Positions 41,380 through 54,468 of a DNA stretch of 64,000 nt are shown here, piece by piece; positions within the stretch are counted from its first letter, which is position 1, and each line of letters begins with the position of its first letter. Location of the stretch: the NCBI GenBank assembly GCA_039028615.1, contig JBCCHT010000001.1, positions 1-64,000 of the forward strand. Direction: 5' to 3'. This DNA comes from Myxococcota bacterium (GTDB taxonomy: Bacteria > Myxococcota_A > Polyangia > Nannocystales > Nannocystaceae). Under the pieces are notes generated by a model. The model saw only the letters and a list, made by a program, of their open reading frames with translations, had not been told where the DNA came from and made no database searches. The translations under genes were made by a program, and so were the position numbers.

Positions 41380-42501
41380 ATGATCATTTCCTGCCCCGAG
41401 TGCGCCGGTCCCTTCGAGGTCCCCGACGAGCAGATCGCCGCCTTGGTGCAGGTGGAGTGTCCGAACTGCGCCTTTCGGATGATCCTCGACTTTGCTGCCG
41501 CCAACGACCCCGGCTTGGTCGAAGAAGGCATGCGGATGGCCGCTGGCTTCCGCACCGCCGCGGACTACCGCGCCAGCCGGCCCCCGAGCGCGGGGGTCAC
41601 GGTGACGTCCGAGCCGGAGCCCGCTCCCGCTCCCGTGGTCGCTGCACCCGAGCCCGAGCCGGAACCCGCCCCCGTGGTGGCCGAGCCCGAGCCCGAGCCC
41701 ACCCCGGTGGTTGCGGCACCCGAGCCCGAACCTGCGCCCGTGGTCGCGGAGCCCGAACCCGAGCCCGAGCCCACCCCGGTGGTTGCGGCACCCGAGCCCG
41801 AGCCGGAGCCCGTGGTCGCGGCACCCGAGCCCGAACCCGTGGCCCCGGCTGCGACCCTCAGCCCCGAGCTACCGGTCGGTCCGCCACAGCCCACGGCGAC
41901 GCTCGACGACGAGATCGAGACCCGCGTGCACATCTCTCGGCCCGCCGAAGAGGTGGCGCGCCCGGAGCCCGAGCCCGCTGCCCCGCCGGTACGCACGCCT
42001 CCCGTCGAGCCCGCGGCCGAAGCCGCCCCCACGCGGCAACCAGAGCCCTCGGTCGTCCCGGACATCGACGACGACGACGAGCCGCCCACGCTCGATCGAG
42101 CGGCCGCGCCCCGCGAGCAACCCGCCGCGGTGGCCGCCAAGGCAACTCCCATCGAGGATGAGCGCGCCAAGCCACGCGAGCGCGAAGTCGAGGTCGAGAC
42201 CACGCCTTCGGGTCGCAGCCGCGTTCCGCCGCATACGCCCCCCGGTCCCGCGCAGGCCTCCAAGGCCGAAGACGCCGACAAGCCGGAGAAGCCGGCGGAC
42301 AAGCCCCGCCCGCGGGTCGAGTCACTCGACGACACCCCGGCGAGCACCGAAGACAAAGGCATGTCCGGCTTCGGCGTGGCGGTCGTGGTGATCCTGCTGC
42401 TCATGGCGGGTGGCTTGGTCGCGGCGAGCTTGGCGCTGGAGAACACGGTCGATCCCCGACCGCTGCTCGAGAAGCTGTATCGCGACAACATCAAGGGCTG
42501 A
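41380..42501 (+). CDS. Zinc-ribbon (MJ0042-like) protein with Pro/Glu repeat linker and C-terminal TM helix
   Basis: CPEC...CPNC; six VVA(A)(P)EPEPEP repeats; TM helix near the C-terminus. Confidence 0.85.
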   Translation: MIISCPECAGPFEVPDEQIAALVQVECPNCAFRMILDFAAANDPGLVEEGMRMAAGFRTAADYRASRPPSAGVTVTSEPEPAPAPVVAAPEPEPEPAPVVAEPEPEPTPVVAAPEPEPAPVVAEPEPEPEPTPVVAAPEPEPEPVVAAPEPEPVAPAATLSPELPVGPPQPTATLDDEIETRVHISRPAEEVARPEPEPAAPPVRTPPVEPAAEAAPTRQPEPSVVPDIDDDDEPPTLDRAAAPREQPAAVAAKATPIEDERAKPREREVEVETTPSGRSRVPPHTPPGPAQASKAEDADKPEKPADKPRPRVESLDDTPASTEDKGMSGFGVAVVVILLLMAGGLVAASLALENTVDPRPLLEKLYRDNIKG

Positions 42502-42565
42502 TGACGCCCGTCCTCCGCTTCGGGACGACCGGCGCCGGCCCCTCCGTGCAAGACTGGCCTCCGCA

Positions 42566-43312
42566 GTGAAGGAGGCTCTCGAAGGGCTGGATGCACGCGC
42601 GGTCGCCCAGCGGTTGGCCGTGCTTCCCGAGCGAAGCATGCGAGTGGCGCGACTGTCCGAGATCGTGGCGGCGGCCGACCCGAACGACGCCGCCTGGCTG
42701 CTCGACGCCCTCGCCACGGCGGGGCGGGCCGGCGGCCCTCCCTTCGACGTCAGCCTGCTCGCTGCAGTGGATCTCTTCGATGGAGATCGACTGAACTACG
42801 ACCAACGGCGAGCCATCTTCGAGGCGGCCGAGGCCCGCGGCCTCGCCGCGTGCACCGATCTCATGATGTCGCAGGCCCAGATCGCCGACGAGCAGGTCAC
42901 CGCGCCGCGCTCGCTGGTGCCCGGCACGCGCCCGCTCACCTTGGGCGAGCGCAAGAGCCTGGCGCGCTCGTGGGACCGCAACGTGCTCGAGCGCCTGCTC
43001 GTCGATCCGCACACGGACGTGGTGCGCCTGCTGTTGTCCAACCCCCACGTCACCGAGGACGACATCGTTCGCATCGCCACCGCCCGCAACAGCTCGGCCG
43101 CGGTGCTCGACCTCATCCTTCGCTCGCGGCGCTGGGGCGTCGCCCCGAGGATCCGCCGCGCGCTGGTCCGCAACCCTCGGCTGCCCCTGGCCACCGCGTT
43201 GCGGCTCCTGGGGCTGCTCAACCGGCGAGAGCTGCAGGAGCTGGCGCAGGAACCCCACCTGCCGCTTCGGCTGGCCAACGCGTTGCAGCGCCGCCTGCGG
43301 CCGGTGGTCTGA
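42566..43312 (+). CDS. Hypothetical helical-repeat protein (LRV/HEAT-like)
   Basis: TLGERKSLAR, LLSNPHVTE, ALVRNPRLP; start uncertain. Confidence 0.7.
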   Translation: MKEALEGLDARAVAQRLAVLPERSMRVARLSEIVAAADPNDAAWLLDALATAGRAGGPPFDVSLLAAVDLFDGDRLNYDQRRAIFEAAEARGLAACTDLMMSQAQIADEQVTAPRSLVPGTRPLTLGERKSLARSWDRNVLERLLVDPHTDVVRLLLSNPHVTEDDIVRIATARNSSAAVLDLILRSRRWGVAPRIRRALVRNPRLPLATALRLLGLLNRRELQELAQEPHLPLRLANALQRRLRPVV

Positions 43313-43360
43313 CTCCCATCGCGTCCCTCCGCCGCGCGGGCGGAGCGTTCGTCGGATCGC

Positions 43361-43609
43361 TCAGGCCTTCGAGCTCGACTCGCCGCTCTTTTTGGGCGTC
43401 ACGTCGATCTCGTCGCCATCGTCGTCGTGGGCGATCGCCTTGGCGTCGGCGGCCTTGTCCTCGTCGATGCCCTTCATCTCCTTTTTGAAGCCGCGGAGCA
43501 TCTTGCCCACGCCTTCTCCGAGCTGCGGGAGCTTGGACGGGCCGAAGACCAGAATGACCACGGCCACGATGATGATGATCTCCATCGTGCCGAGCACTGC
43601 GAGAAGCAT
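43361..43609 (-). CDS. tatA: Twin-arginine translocase TatA/E
   Basis: TM helix plus FGPSKLPQLGEGVGKMLRGFKK. Confidence 0.95.
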   Translation of the reverse strand: MLLAVLGTMEIIIIVAVVILVFGPSKLPQLGEGVGKMLRGFKKEMKGIDEDKAADAKAIAHDDDGDEIDVTPKKSGESSSKA

Positions 43610-43658
43610 GGGAGGAAAGGTAGTCGTCTTTGTCGGCCTTTGCTAGCGTGACGAGTCG

Positions 43659-45719
43659 ATGAGCGCCGGCCCCCACCGAAGTCACGACCGGGGAGAGCGC
43701 ACGTCGGCCTCCTACCTGCCCAAGTGGGGGGGTCGGATTGCGGTGTTGGCTGCCCTTTTGGCCATCCCAGCCCCGTCGAGCCCCGCCCACGCCCAGATCC
43801 GGGCTCACCGCACCGACGCCGAGCCAGGCCGACAGCGGGTGGGCCAGGTGTGGGCCTCCACCGCGGGGCGGGCCCGGGTTCGGAGCGACCGACCCGACGG
43901 AGACGTGCTCCACGTGGCCTGGGCGCCTCCGCCCGACGACCCCGATGCCTCGCTCCGGCAGTCGCTCGCGGCCTTCGAGCGGGCCAGCTTTCCCGAGGGG
44001 GGATCGGCCCCCAGCCTCATCGAGACGCCGCCCGAGGCGTGGATGGTCGACCTGCGCAAGCCCGCCTTGCCCGTGCGGTGGAACGACCGCCTCGTCGACT
44101 ACCTCCGCTACTTTCGCGACCGTGACCCGGGCCGCGCCCTCATGAAGGGCTGGCTGCGTCGCGCGGGTCGTTACGAAGGCCGCCTGCGCGCCATCCTGAA
44201 GGAAGTCGGGGTCCCCGAGGACCTGGTGTTCGTGGCCCTGGCCGAGTCCGGCTTCAACCCCCGCGTGCGCTCGCGGGTGGGCGCGGGCGGGCTTTGGCAG
44301 TTCATGGACGCCACCGGCAAGGTCTACGGCCTGCGCCAAGACTTCTGGCTCGACGAGCGCTTCGACTTCGAGAAATCGAGCTACGCCGCCGCGGCCTACC
44401 TCGCCTACCTGCACGCGCGCTTCGGCTCGTGGGAGCTGGCCCTGGCCGCCTACAACGCGGGCTACGGGCTGGTGATGACCTCGGTCGATCGCCACAACAC
44501 CAACAGCTTCTGGGCGCTGACCCGCGTCGAGAGCGGGCTGCCCTACGCCACCGTCAACTACGTGCCCAAGATCATCGCCGCCGCGCTGGTCGGCCGTAAC
44601 CGCGAGACCTTCGGCTACACCAAGGACGACGTCCGGCCGCTGGCCGCCGTGGACTGGGTCGAGGTCAAGCTGACTCGATCCACGCGATTCGAAGACCTCG
44701 CCACGCTCATCGAGGTCGACGCGTCGCTGCTCGCGGAGATCAACGGCGGCTACCTCCGGGGTCGCACGCCGCCCGAGCGCGCCGCCACCGTTCGGATCCC
44801 CCGCGACCGGGCCGAGGCCTTCGCCGCCGCCCGGCCGAAGCTCGAGGCCCTGTGGCGCACCGAGAGCACCCTCACCGTCAAGCACGGGGAGAAGCTCGGC
44901 ACCATCGCTCGCCGCCACGGGATCAAGGAACGCACGCTGCGTTCGCTCAACGGCATTCGCGACTCGGCCGAGGTCAGCGGCGGCATCGTGCTTGTGGTCC
45001 CCGCAAAGAAGGGTTCCGAGGCCCACGCCAGCGCCACGACTCCCGAGGTCCCGCTGGCGGCCGTGCCCGCGCTCGCCGTGGATGACGAGCATCGCCTGGT
45101 GTTCTTCGAGACCAACCGCGCCAGCACGCCGCCCGTGCTCGAAGAGGCGTTCGGCGTGCGCTGGTCCGACATCGTGCGGTGGAACGACCTCGATCCGCGC
45201 GCGCGCCTCCAAGACGGCCTGCTGATTCAGGTCGTCGTGCCCCGCAGCTTCGACGCTCCCTCGCGACAGCTGGCGATCTACGAGCGCACCGAGGTCGAGC
45301 ACGTGGAGCGAGGCTCCCGGGCGCACCTCGAGGCCGAGCTCGATCGCCGCGGCAAACGACGACGAGGCTACCGGGTGCGCTCCGGGGACACGCTGGCCAA
45401 GATCGGCAAGCGCTTCGGGCTCAGCATCGGCGACCTGTCGCGCATCAACGCGGTGCCCCGCGGCCACGCGCCGAAGGCGGGCGAGGTCCTCGTGGTGTAC
45501 GTGCCCAAGGGTCGTACGCAGGGCACGTTGCGGGCCCCGGCTCCGCTGGGCTTTTCCGACCGCGAAAAATCCGGAGCGGCGCGCAAGCCCTCCACCGCCG
45601 ACACCGCTCGCCTGCCCGGTCGCGACGGTCCGGCGGCCGCGCCCAAGCGCTCGACGCCCAAGGCCAAGCCGCAGCGTGCTCCCTCGCGGGCCGACACCGC
45701 CGCCGTACCGGGGCGCTGA
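43659..45719 (+). CDS. mltD: MltD-like lytic transglycosylase with LysM domains
   Basis: AESGFNP, GAGGLWQFM, LAAYNAG, YVPKI, LysM repeats. Confidence 0.9.
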   Translation: MSAGPHRSHDRGERTSASYLPKWGGRIAVLAALLAIPAPSSPAHAQIRAHRTDAEPGRQRVGQVWASTAGRARVRSDRPDGDVLHVAWAPPPDDPDASLRQSLAAFERASFPEGGSAPSLIETPPEAWMVDLRKPALPVRWNDRLVDYLRYFRDRDPGRALMKGWLRRAGRYEGRLRAILKEVGVPEDLVFVALAESGFNPRVRSRVGAGGLWQFMDATGKVYGLRQDFWLDERFDFEKSSYAAAAYLAYLHARFGSWELALAAYNAGYGLVMTSVDRHNTNSFWALTRVESGLPYATVNYVPKIIAAALVGRNRETFGYTKDDVRPLAAVDWVEVKLTRSTRFEDLATLIEVDASLLAEINGGYLRGRTPPERAATVRIPRDRAEAFAAARPKLEALWRTESTLTVKHGEKLGTIARRHGIKERTLRSLNGIRDSAEVSGGIVLVVPAKKGSEAHASATTPEVPLAAVPALAVDDEHRLVFFETNRASTPPVLEEAFGVRWSDIVRWNDLDPRARLQDGLLIQVVVPRSFDAPSRQLAIYERTEVEHVERGSRAHLEAELDRRGKRRRGYRVRSGDTLAKIGKRFGLSIGDLSRINAVPRGHAPKAGEVLVVYVPKGRTQGTLRAPAPLGFSDREKSGAARKPSTADTARLPGRDGPAAAPKRSTPKAKPQRAPSRADTAAVPGR

Positions 45720-45830
45720 GTTCGTCTCCGCCTCGGGTGTCGTGCGGCTTCCCGTTTGAACTGACGACGTTTCCCAACCGCCGATGTGCGGCCCGAGCCT
45801 GCGCCCCCTCCCCTGCCCCGACCCCGTATC

Positions 45831-47087
45831 ATGAAGACCACCATGCTGATCTCCGTCGACGAGGCCCAATCGCAGGTCCTCGAGCGCTGTGCGTCGCTGT
45901 CCAGCGAGCGCATCGGCGTGGCCGACGTGGACGGCCGGGTCTGCGCCGAGACTCTGCACGCGCAGTGGGACCTGCCGCAGCGCGACGTCAGCGTGATGGA
46001 CGGCTATGCGGTGCGCAGCCTCGACGTGGCGAATGCCCGCGCCTGCGGCAACGCGATCGTCCTCCAGGTCCGCGGCGAGAGTGCGGCCGGGCATCCGTCA
46101 TCGCGGACGCTCGAGGCCGGGTTCGCGGCGCGCATCTCCACCGGAGCCGTGCTGCCCGACGGCGCGGACGCAGTCATCGCCCAAGAAGACACGCGCCGCG
46201 CCGGCGACCAGCTGATGGTCGACGACGCCTCCCTCGGCACGCTCGAGCCGGGCACCTTCGTGCGACCGCGAGGACGAGAGCTGCGCGAGGGTGATGTCCT
46301 CGTCGAGCCCGGGCATCGGCTCGGCCCCGGCGACATCGCGCTGCTGAGCGGCAGCGGCCACGCCCAGGTCTCCGTGGCCCGACGCCCTCACGTCGCGATC
46401 CTCGGCACGGGCGACGAGCTGGTCCCCGTGGGCCAGCGGCCCGCCCCCGGCCAAGTGGTGAGCTCCAACGGCCTGGTGCTCTCGGCCTTGGTCCGTCGCG
46501 CGGGGGCGGTGCCGGTCGAGCTCCCCGACGTCGGTGACGATCGAGACCGACTGCGCGCCGCCCTGCAACGCGGGCTCGAGGCCGACGTGCTCGTCACCTC
46601 GGGGGGCATCTCCGTCGGCGACCACGATCTCGTGCACGGCCAGCTCTCGGAGCTCGGCGTGCAGACGCACTTCCGCGGCATCGCCCTGCGCCCGGGCAAG
46701 CCGACCACCTTCGGCACCACTGCCGACTGCCGCGTGTTCGCGCTGCCCGGCAACCCGGCGAGCAGCTTGGTCACCTTCGCTCTGTTCGTACACCCGGCCC
46801 TGCGACGCCTGGCCGGCATCGACGGGGACCCGCGGCTGCCCCGTCGTCGCGTCCGCTTGAGCGCGCCCGCTCGGGGGGCAGGCCGTCGCGCGCACTACCT
46901 TCGCGCCATCGCCCGAGGCGACGAAGCCGAGCCCTTGAGCGTGCAGCAATCGGGCAACCTGCGCTCGATCGCGGGCGCCGACCTGTTGGTCATCGTCCCC
47001 GCGGGCGTGTCCGAAATTCCCGCGGGCGAGACGGTCGACGCCGTGCAGCTCGAGCCCTCGCCCCACGAACGCAGCGCGCAGTCATGA
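45831..47087 (+). CDS. moeA: Molybdopterin molybdotransferase
   Basis: SVMDGYA, TGAVLPDGADAV, TGDEL, SGGISVGDHD, RPGKP, LPGNP. Confidence 0.96.
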   Translation: MKTTMLISVDEAQSQVLERCASLSSERIGVADVDGRVCAETLHAQWDLPQRDVSVMDGYAVRSLDVANARACGNAIVLQVRGESAAGHPSSRTLEAGFAARISTGAVLPDGADAVIAQEDTRRAGDQLMVDDASLGTLEPGTFVRPRGRELREGDVLVEPGHRLGPGDIALLSGSGHAQVSVARRPHVAILGTGDELVPVGQRPAPGQVVSSNGLVLSALVRRAGAVPVELPDVGDDRDRLRAALQRGLEADVLVTSGGISVGDHDLVHGQLSELGVQTHFRGIALRPGKPTTFGTTADCRVFALPGNPASSLVTFALFVHPALRRLAGIDGDPRLPRRRVRLSAPARGAGRRAHYLRAIARGDEAEPLSVQQSGNLRSIAGADLLVIVPAGVSEIPAGETVDAVQLEPSPHERSAQS

Positions 47088-48037
47088 GCGACGACTTCGA
47101 GGAGCTGACCCACGACGTCGTCGATCCCGACGACTTCGGCGCGCGAGCCGACGTCGTGGTCGGCCGTCGCATGTCCGGGATCTCGCGGCGAGTCGCCCGC
47201 AGCTTGGGGCTCCAGGGGCGCCTGTACCTCGACGGCAAGAAGATCACCCCGTCGACCCGCGTGAAGGAGGGCTCCCGCGTCAGCCTTCGGGTGCAGCGGA
47301 CCGTGGCGGCGCAGCCGGCTCGGATCCTCGAGTGCACCGACGACTTCGTCTACGTGCTCAAACCGGCCGGGATGCACACCCAGCGCCTGCGGCCGGGGGA
47401 TGCGGCGACCTTGGCCGACGCAGTGGCGCTCGACTATCCCGAGTGTCGTAGGGCAAGCCCTGACCCCCGCCAGGGAGGCGCCGTCCATCGCCTCGATCGC
47501 GACACGACGGGGGTCGTCGCGTTCGCCCGCAGCCTCGATGCATGGCGAAGAGCACGGGACGGTTTTCGAGCACGCAAGGTCTTGAAGCTCTATCGCGCGC
47601 AGGTCCAACCCGGGCCGGAGGCACCGACATGGCCGCCGCGAGGCCGCGACTTGTCCGACGTCGGCGAGGAACCGCCGACCGGTTCCTGGCCCGCCCTGAC
47701 CGGTCCTGGAGTGATGATTTCTGCCCCGCTCGGCGCCGCGGGACGACGGCTCGTCGAGGTCCGCGACAGCGGTCGGCTCGCGATCACGCACGCGTGGAGC
47801 CTGCCGGGGAGCACGCCTACCCGACAGAATCTCGTTTTGCGTCTCGTTACCGGGCACCGCCATCAAGCCCGTGTTCATCTGCGCTGGCTGGACCGTCCCA
47901 TCGTTGGCGACGCCCTCTACGGCGGCCCGAAGGCGGACTCGATGCGGCTGCATGCGACGACGCTCGACCTCGGTGGTGCGTGCCCCGGCGAACCCCGAGT
48001 CGAGGTGCCGGTGCCGGAGATCTGGGAGGAAGCGTGA
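47084..48037 (+). CDS. RluA/RluD family pseudouridine synthase
   Basis: KPAG, HRLDRDTTG, TGHRHQARVH, PIVGDALY, LHA. Confidence 0.92.
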   Translation: MSDDFEELTHDVVDPDDFGARADVVVGRRMSGISRRVARSLGLQGRLYLDGKKITPSTRVKEGSRVSLRVQRTVAAQPARILECTDDFVYVLKPAGMHTQRLRPGDAATLADAVALDYPECRRASPDPRQGGAVHRLDRDTTGVVAFARSLDAWRRARDGFRARKVLKLYRAQVQPGPEAPTWPPRGRDLSDVGEEPPTGSWPALTGPGVMISAPLGAAGRRLVEVRDSGRLAITHAWSLPGSTPTRQNLVLRLVTGHRHQARVHLRWLDRPIVGDALYGGPKADSMRLHATTLDLGGACPGEPRVEVPVPEIWEEA

Positions 48038-48137
48038 GCCGGACAACCGCCGTTGCGAAACAGGACCCTCGCGACGCTCGACATGGCCCTCGGATCACTC
48101 GCCAGGACCTCGCCCACCCTGTTATCGTTCCCACTGG

Positions 48138-48911
48138 ATGCGGATCCGCTATTTCGGACACACCGACGTGGGCCTCACCCGCGAGCACAACGAGGACTCC
48201 CACCTCGCTGACCCCGATCTGGGCGTGTTCGTGGTCGCAGACGGTGTCGGCGGACGGGCCAAGGGCGAGATCGCCAGCCAAGAAGCGGTCGAGCTGATCT
48301 GGGAGTGGCTCAAGCGCAACGAGACCACCATCCGCGACATCGCCCAGGGCGACGCGCGGGGCCGCAGCCCGCAGCTGTGCCAGCTGGTCCGCGGCGCGAT
48401 CCAAAACGCCTGCTACATGGTCCACACCATGGGCCAACTCGATCCCGAGCAACGGGGGATGAGCACTACCGCGTCCGTGTTCGTGGTCTGCGGGAACGTG
48501 GGCATCGTGGGGCAGGTGGGCGACTCGCGGGTGTACTTGGTCCGCAACGGCGAGGTCGATCAGCTCACCGAGGATCACACGCTCATCAACTACCAGCTCA
48601 AGCATGGGCTGATCACCGAAGAGCAGGCCCAGCGCTCGCACACGCGCAACGTCATCACGCGGGCGGTGGGGCACAAGGACTACGTCGAGGTCGACACGCT
48701 GCCGATTCCGCTATTCGCGGGAGACCGGGTGGTGCTGTGCTCCGATGGGTTCCATAGCTACATCGAGTCGTTCGATGAGATGCGGTACTTCCTCGACATG
48801 GAGGTGGAAGACGCGGTGCTCGAGGCGATTCGGTTTGCGAACGCGAAGGGTGGCAAGGACAACATCACGGCGTTGATGGTCGAGCTGCTCGATGATGATG
48901 CGGGGACCTGA
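48138..48911 (+). CDS. PP2C-family Ser/Thr phosphatase
   Basis: TDVGLTREHNED, VADGVGG, VGDSR, LCSDG, GGKDNIT. Confidence 0.95.
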   Translation: MRIRYFGHTDVGLTREHNEDSHLADPDLGVFVVADGVGGRAKGEIASQEAVELIWEWLKRNETTIRDIAQGDARGRSPQLCQLVRGAIQNACYMVHTMGQLDPEQRGMSTTASVFVVCGNVGIVGQVGDSRVYLVRNGEVDQLTEDHTLINYQLKHGLITEEQAQRSHTRNVITRAVGHKDYVEVDTLPIPLFAGDRVVLCSDGFHSYIESFDEMRYFLDMEVEDAVLEAIRFANAKGGKDNITALMVELLDDDAGT

Positions 48912-48929
48912 GCCACGCCGTCGTTGGAA

Positions 48930-49286
48930 GTGAAGGCCGGTAGGGGTTCCTGCCGGCCTTCTTCGTTGGTTCGGGGGCGCGAGGGGGCTTGGGTTAGGCG
49001 CTCGGGGTGTGGGCAGGGTTGGCGTGCCGGTCTTGGGGTCGCCTGTTCGACCAGGCGAGGTTACCGGCCATGCTCAAACAGTGGTTTCACGCCTAGCGGC
49101 AGCGTACCTACGCGTTCGAGCTTGGTGGACTGCGATTGGTTGTGGGCGAGGCGCTACCAAAACTGCGCGTGGCCGGTAACCTCGCCTGGACGAGCGGCTC
49201 CCAGCTCGCTCGGTAAAGGTGGGCCGATCCACAGGGGCGGGTTGATGGGTTGGTGGCGCGCCAAGGGGTTAGTGGGCGTTCGGAGG
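48930..49286 (+). repeat. Left arm of an approx. 360-bp inverted repeat containing copy D (core 49041-49198)
   Basis: Reverse-complement match to 49808-50187; perfect 20-bp stem 49051-49070/49170-49189; starts with hairpin GAAGGCCGG...CCGGCCTTC followed by TTCGTT. Confidence 0.95.
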
Positions 49287-49466
49287 TGTGGCTCGTTGCG
49301 GGGAAGGTTGGGCTGCGGAACTCGGAGGTGTGGCGGGGAGGCACTCCCATTCGACTGCTGGTGTACGGCGCGACTTCCGGGCAGGGGGGCGCGGATGTGA
49401 TCGAACGCAGTTCGACTAGACTAGACTAGACTGGACGGTGGACCGCCGCGCTCCGTTGCTTCAGTC

Positions 49467-49724
49467 ATGACTGCCCCGTCGCCCAACGCACACGACCGGA
49501 TTCATCTGTGGGTCAACTTGACGCTGATGGGCGGAGGATCGGCTCTCGTCGCCTGGGCGACCTGGACCGTGGCCGTGGTGCCCATCGTTTGGCGCATCGT
49601 GGTGGCATGCTTCGCGTTCGCCTCGGCCTGGATGGTCGCCACCTGGCTAGTCCCGCGCCTGACCGGCCCCACCATCGACCACTGGTTCGGCCAGCAACGC
49701 AGCGAAACTACGGGCTCCGAGTAG
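49467..49724 (+). CDS. Small two-TM membrane protein between copies D and E
   Basis: 85 aa, two hydrophobic helices, plausible codon usage. Confidence 0.7.
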   Translation: MTAPSPNAHDRIHLWVNLTLMGGGSALVAWATWTVAVVPIVWRIVVACFAFASAWMVATWLVPRLTGPTIDHWFGQQRSETTGSE

Positions 49725-49807
49725 CGCCGCATTCACCCCGCGCCGCCCACCGAACCGCAACAGAAACAGAACTCCAAAAGCCCTCCACTCGCTCACGCGC
49801 CGACTAG

Positions 49808-50187
49808 CTTCCGACCCCCCCACCAGCCCCTTGGCGCGCCACCACCCCATCAACCCGCCCCTGTGGATCGGCCCCACCTGCACCGAGTAAGCTGGGAGCC
49901 GCTCGTCCAGGCGAGGTTACCGGCCACGCGCAGTTTTGGTAGCGCCTCGCCCACGCCCAATCGCGGTCCACCAAGCCCGAGCGCGTAGGTACGCTGCCGC
50001 TAGGCGTGAAACCACTGTTTGAGCATGGCCGGTAACCTCGCCTGGTCGAACAGGCGACCCCTCGACCGGCACGCCACCCCGCCCCCCCCCCCCCGGGCCG
50101 AGCCCCACCCCCCGAGCGCCTAACCCACGCCCCCTCGCGCCCCCGAACCAACGAAGAAGGCCGGCAGGAACCCCCACCGGCCTTCAC
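49808..50187 (-). repeat. Right arm of the inverted repeat containing copy E (core 49898-50055)
   Basis: Reverse complement of 48930-49286 with an expanded C-run near 50075-50113. Confidence 0.95.
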
Positions 50188-50206
50188 CTCGACGAGAAAC
50201 CGCCGC

Positions 50207-53077
<2,871 letters not shown>

Positions 53078-53205
53078 GGCGAACCGCGGGGACCATAGTC
53101 CACGTTGACCGCCGTGGCCACGCTGCAACGCGCACGCGCGACGCTTTTATGCGTGCGCTTCCAAGCCCCCCGCCGCGCAGGGGCTTGCACATCGGGTCGA
53201 CCCTC

Positions 53206-54177
53206 TCAACGACGTCGACTGAATCGACGGCCAACCATGGGCACACGCGACAACAGCCGCCGCGCCCGTTCCTCGAGTAGATCGTCGCCGAAGTACTCGC
53301 GCAGCTCAGGGTCTTGGCTGCGGCGTCGCCCGGAGATGGCGGCTTCGACGTAACCCGCGACCATCGCCACCCCCCGCAGATCGCGATCGTGCACGGAGGC
53401 GGCCACCGCTCGCTCTGCGAGCACCAGCGGATGCAGTCCCACCTGCCACCCTTCGGCGCCGTGTTTTCGGAAGCCGCGTAGGCCCCCGCGCAGCACCCCC
53501 GCCTCGCTCGCCTCCACCGCCAAGTCGTCGAAGATCGGCGTACGCCAGCCGCGGTTGCGCGCTCGCACCCCGGTGCTCTCCGCCCAGCGCGGCACGGGGC
53601 GCATGCCCAGCTCTTCGACGCACTCGCGTCGCCAGACCCGGAGATCGGCACGCGGCACGCCATCGACCACATCCCTCGTGCGGAGCACGCGGCCGTCGTC
53701 GCCGACCTCGGTGATCACGCACGACGCGATACCGACACTTCGGTCGCGCTCACACCGAGCGATGATCTCGGCCATCAGCTGAGGGGCGCACCGCAGGTCG
53801 GCGTCGACATGAACCATATAGTGATGGTCGATGCGCTCGGCCTCGGCGAACTCGGTCGCCGTGCGAAGGCCGCGAGTGACGAGCTCGGCGTGAGACCGAC
53901 ACTCGCCGTTGGGCAGGCGCGGGAGCGCGACGCCGTGCACCCACGGCAACCGGGCCGAGATCCGCTCGATCCGGGCCATGGTGTCGTCGCCGCTGCCGTC
54001 GTCGATGATGAGCCACAGCGCGGGTCGCCGTTCCTGCGCGCGCATGGTCGCAACGAGATCGTCCAGTTGGTCCGCATCCTCACGGACCGGCGTCACCAAC
54101 AAATACGACGACGGGTATCCCATGCCACGAACGTCCGCTGCGGAAACGGTACCCCGGTCCGGCCGAGGTCGCGACAA
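53206..54177 (-). CDS. Glycosyltransferase family 2
   Basis: VTPVRE, IDDGSGD, DAD motif. Confidence 0.88.
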   Translation of the reverse strand: MSRPRPDRGTVSAADVRGMGYPSSYLLVTPVREDADQLDDLVATMRAQERRPALWLIIDDGSGDDTMARIERISARLPWVHGVALPRLPNGECRSHAELVTRGLRTATEFAEAERIDHHYMVHVDADLRCAPQLMAEIIARCERDRSVGIASCVITEVGDDGRVLRTRDVVDGVPRADLRVWRRECVEELGMRPVPRWAESTGVRARNRGWRTPIFDDLAVEASEAGVLRGGLRGFRKHGAEGWQVGLHPLVLAERAVAASVHDRDLRGVAMVAGYVEAAISGRRRSQDPELREYFGDDLLEERARRLLSRVPMVGRRFSRRR

Positions 54178-54468
54178 CGTTCACAGGTACGGCTGTCGGC
54201 GCGTCGATCATGGGCGCTGCGCTCGCCGAGGCGATCGACGACGGCGGTGGATTCCCAGCGCCACGCTCGCCGCCGCGCCACGCTCCTCACCAAGCTGACG
54301 GGAACCGAGCCGAACTGCACCGACCGTTAGTTTCGTTGCTTGTCACCTCGTGAGCTACCTCCCATGGCAACGTAGATGGAATGAAAACCAGTCCAACATT
54401 AACCGATTGAGAATTGCGACTCTTGCCTGGCTACCGTTCCCCACGCACCTCTCGCTCCTTCTGAGGAA

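Noticed and set aside
45720..45830. Moco riboswitch upstream of moeA
   Set aside because: Only a short CTCGGG/CCCGAG pairing; no recognisable consensus
53078..53205. Glycine riboswitch upstream of gcvP
   Set aside because: Two hairpins are present, but I cannot find the conserved aptamer motifs and the space is short
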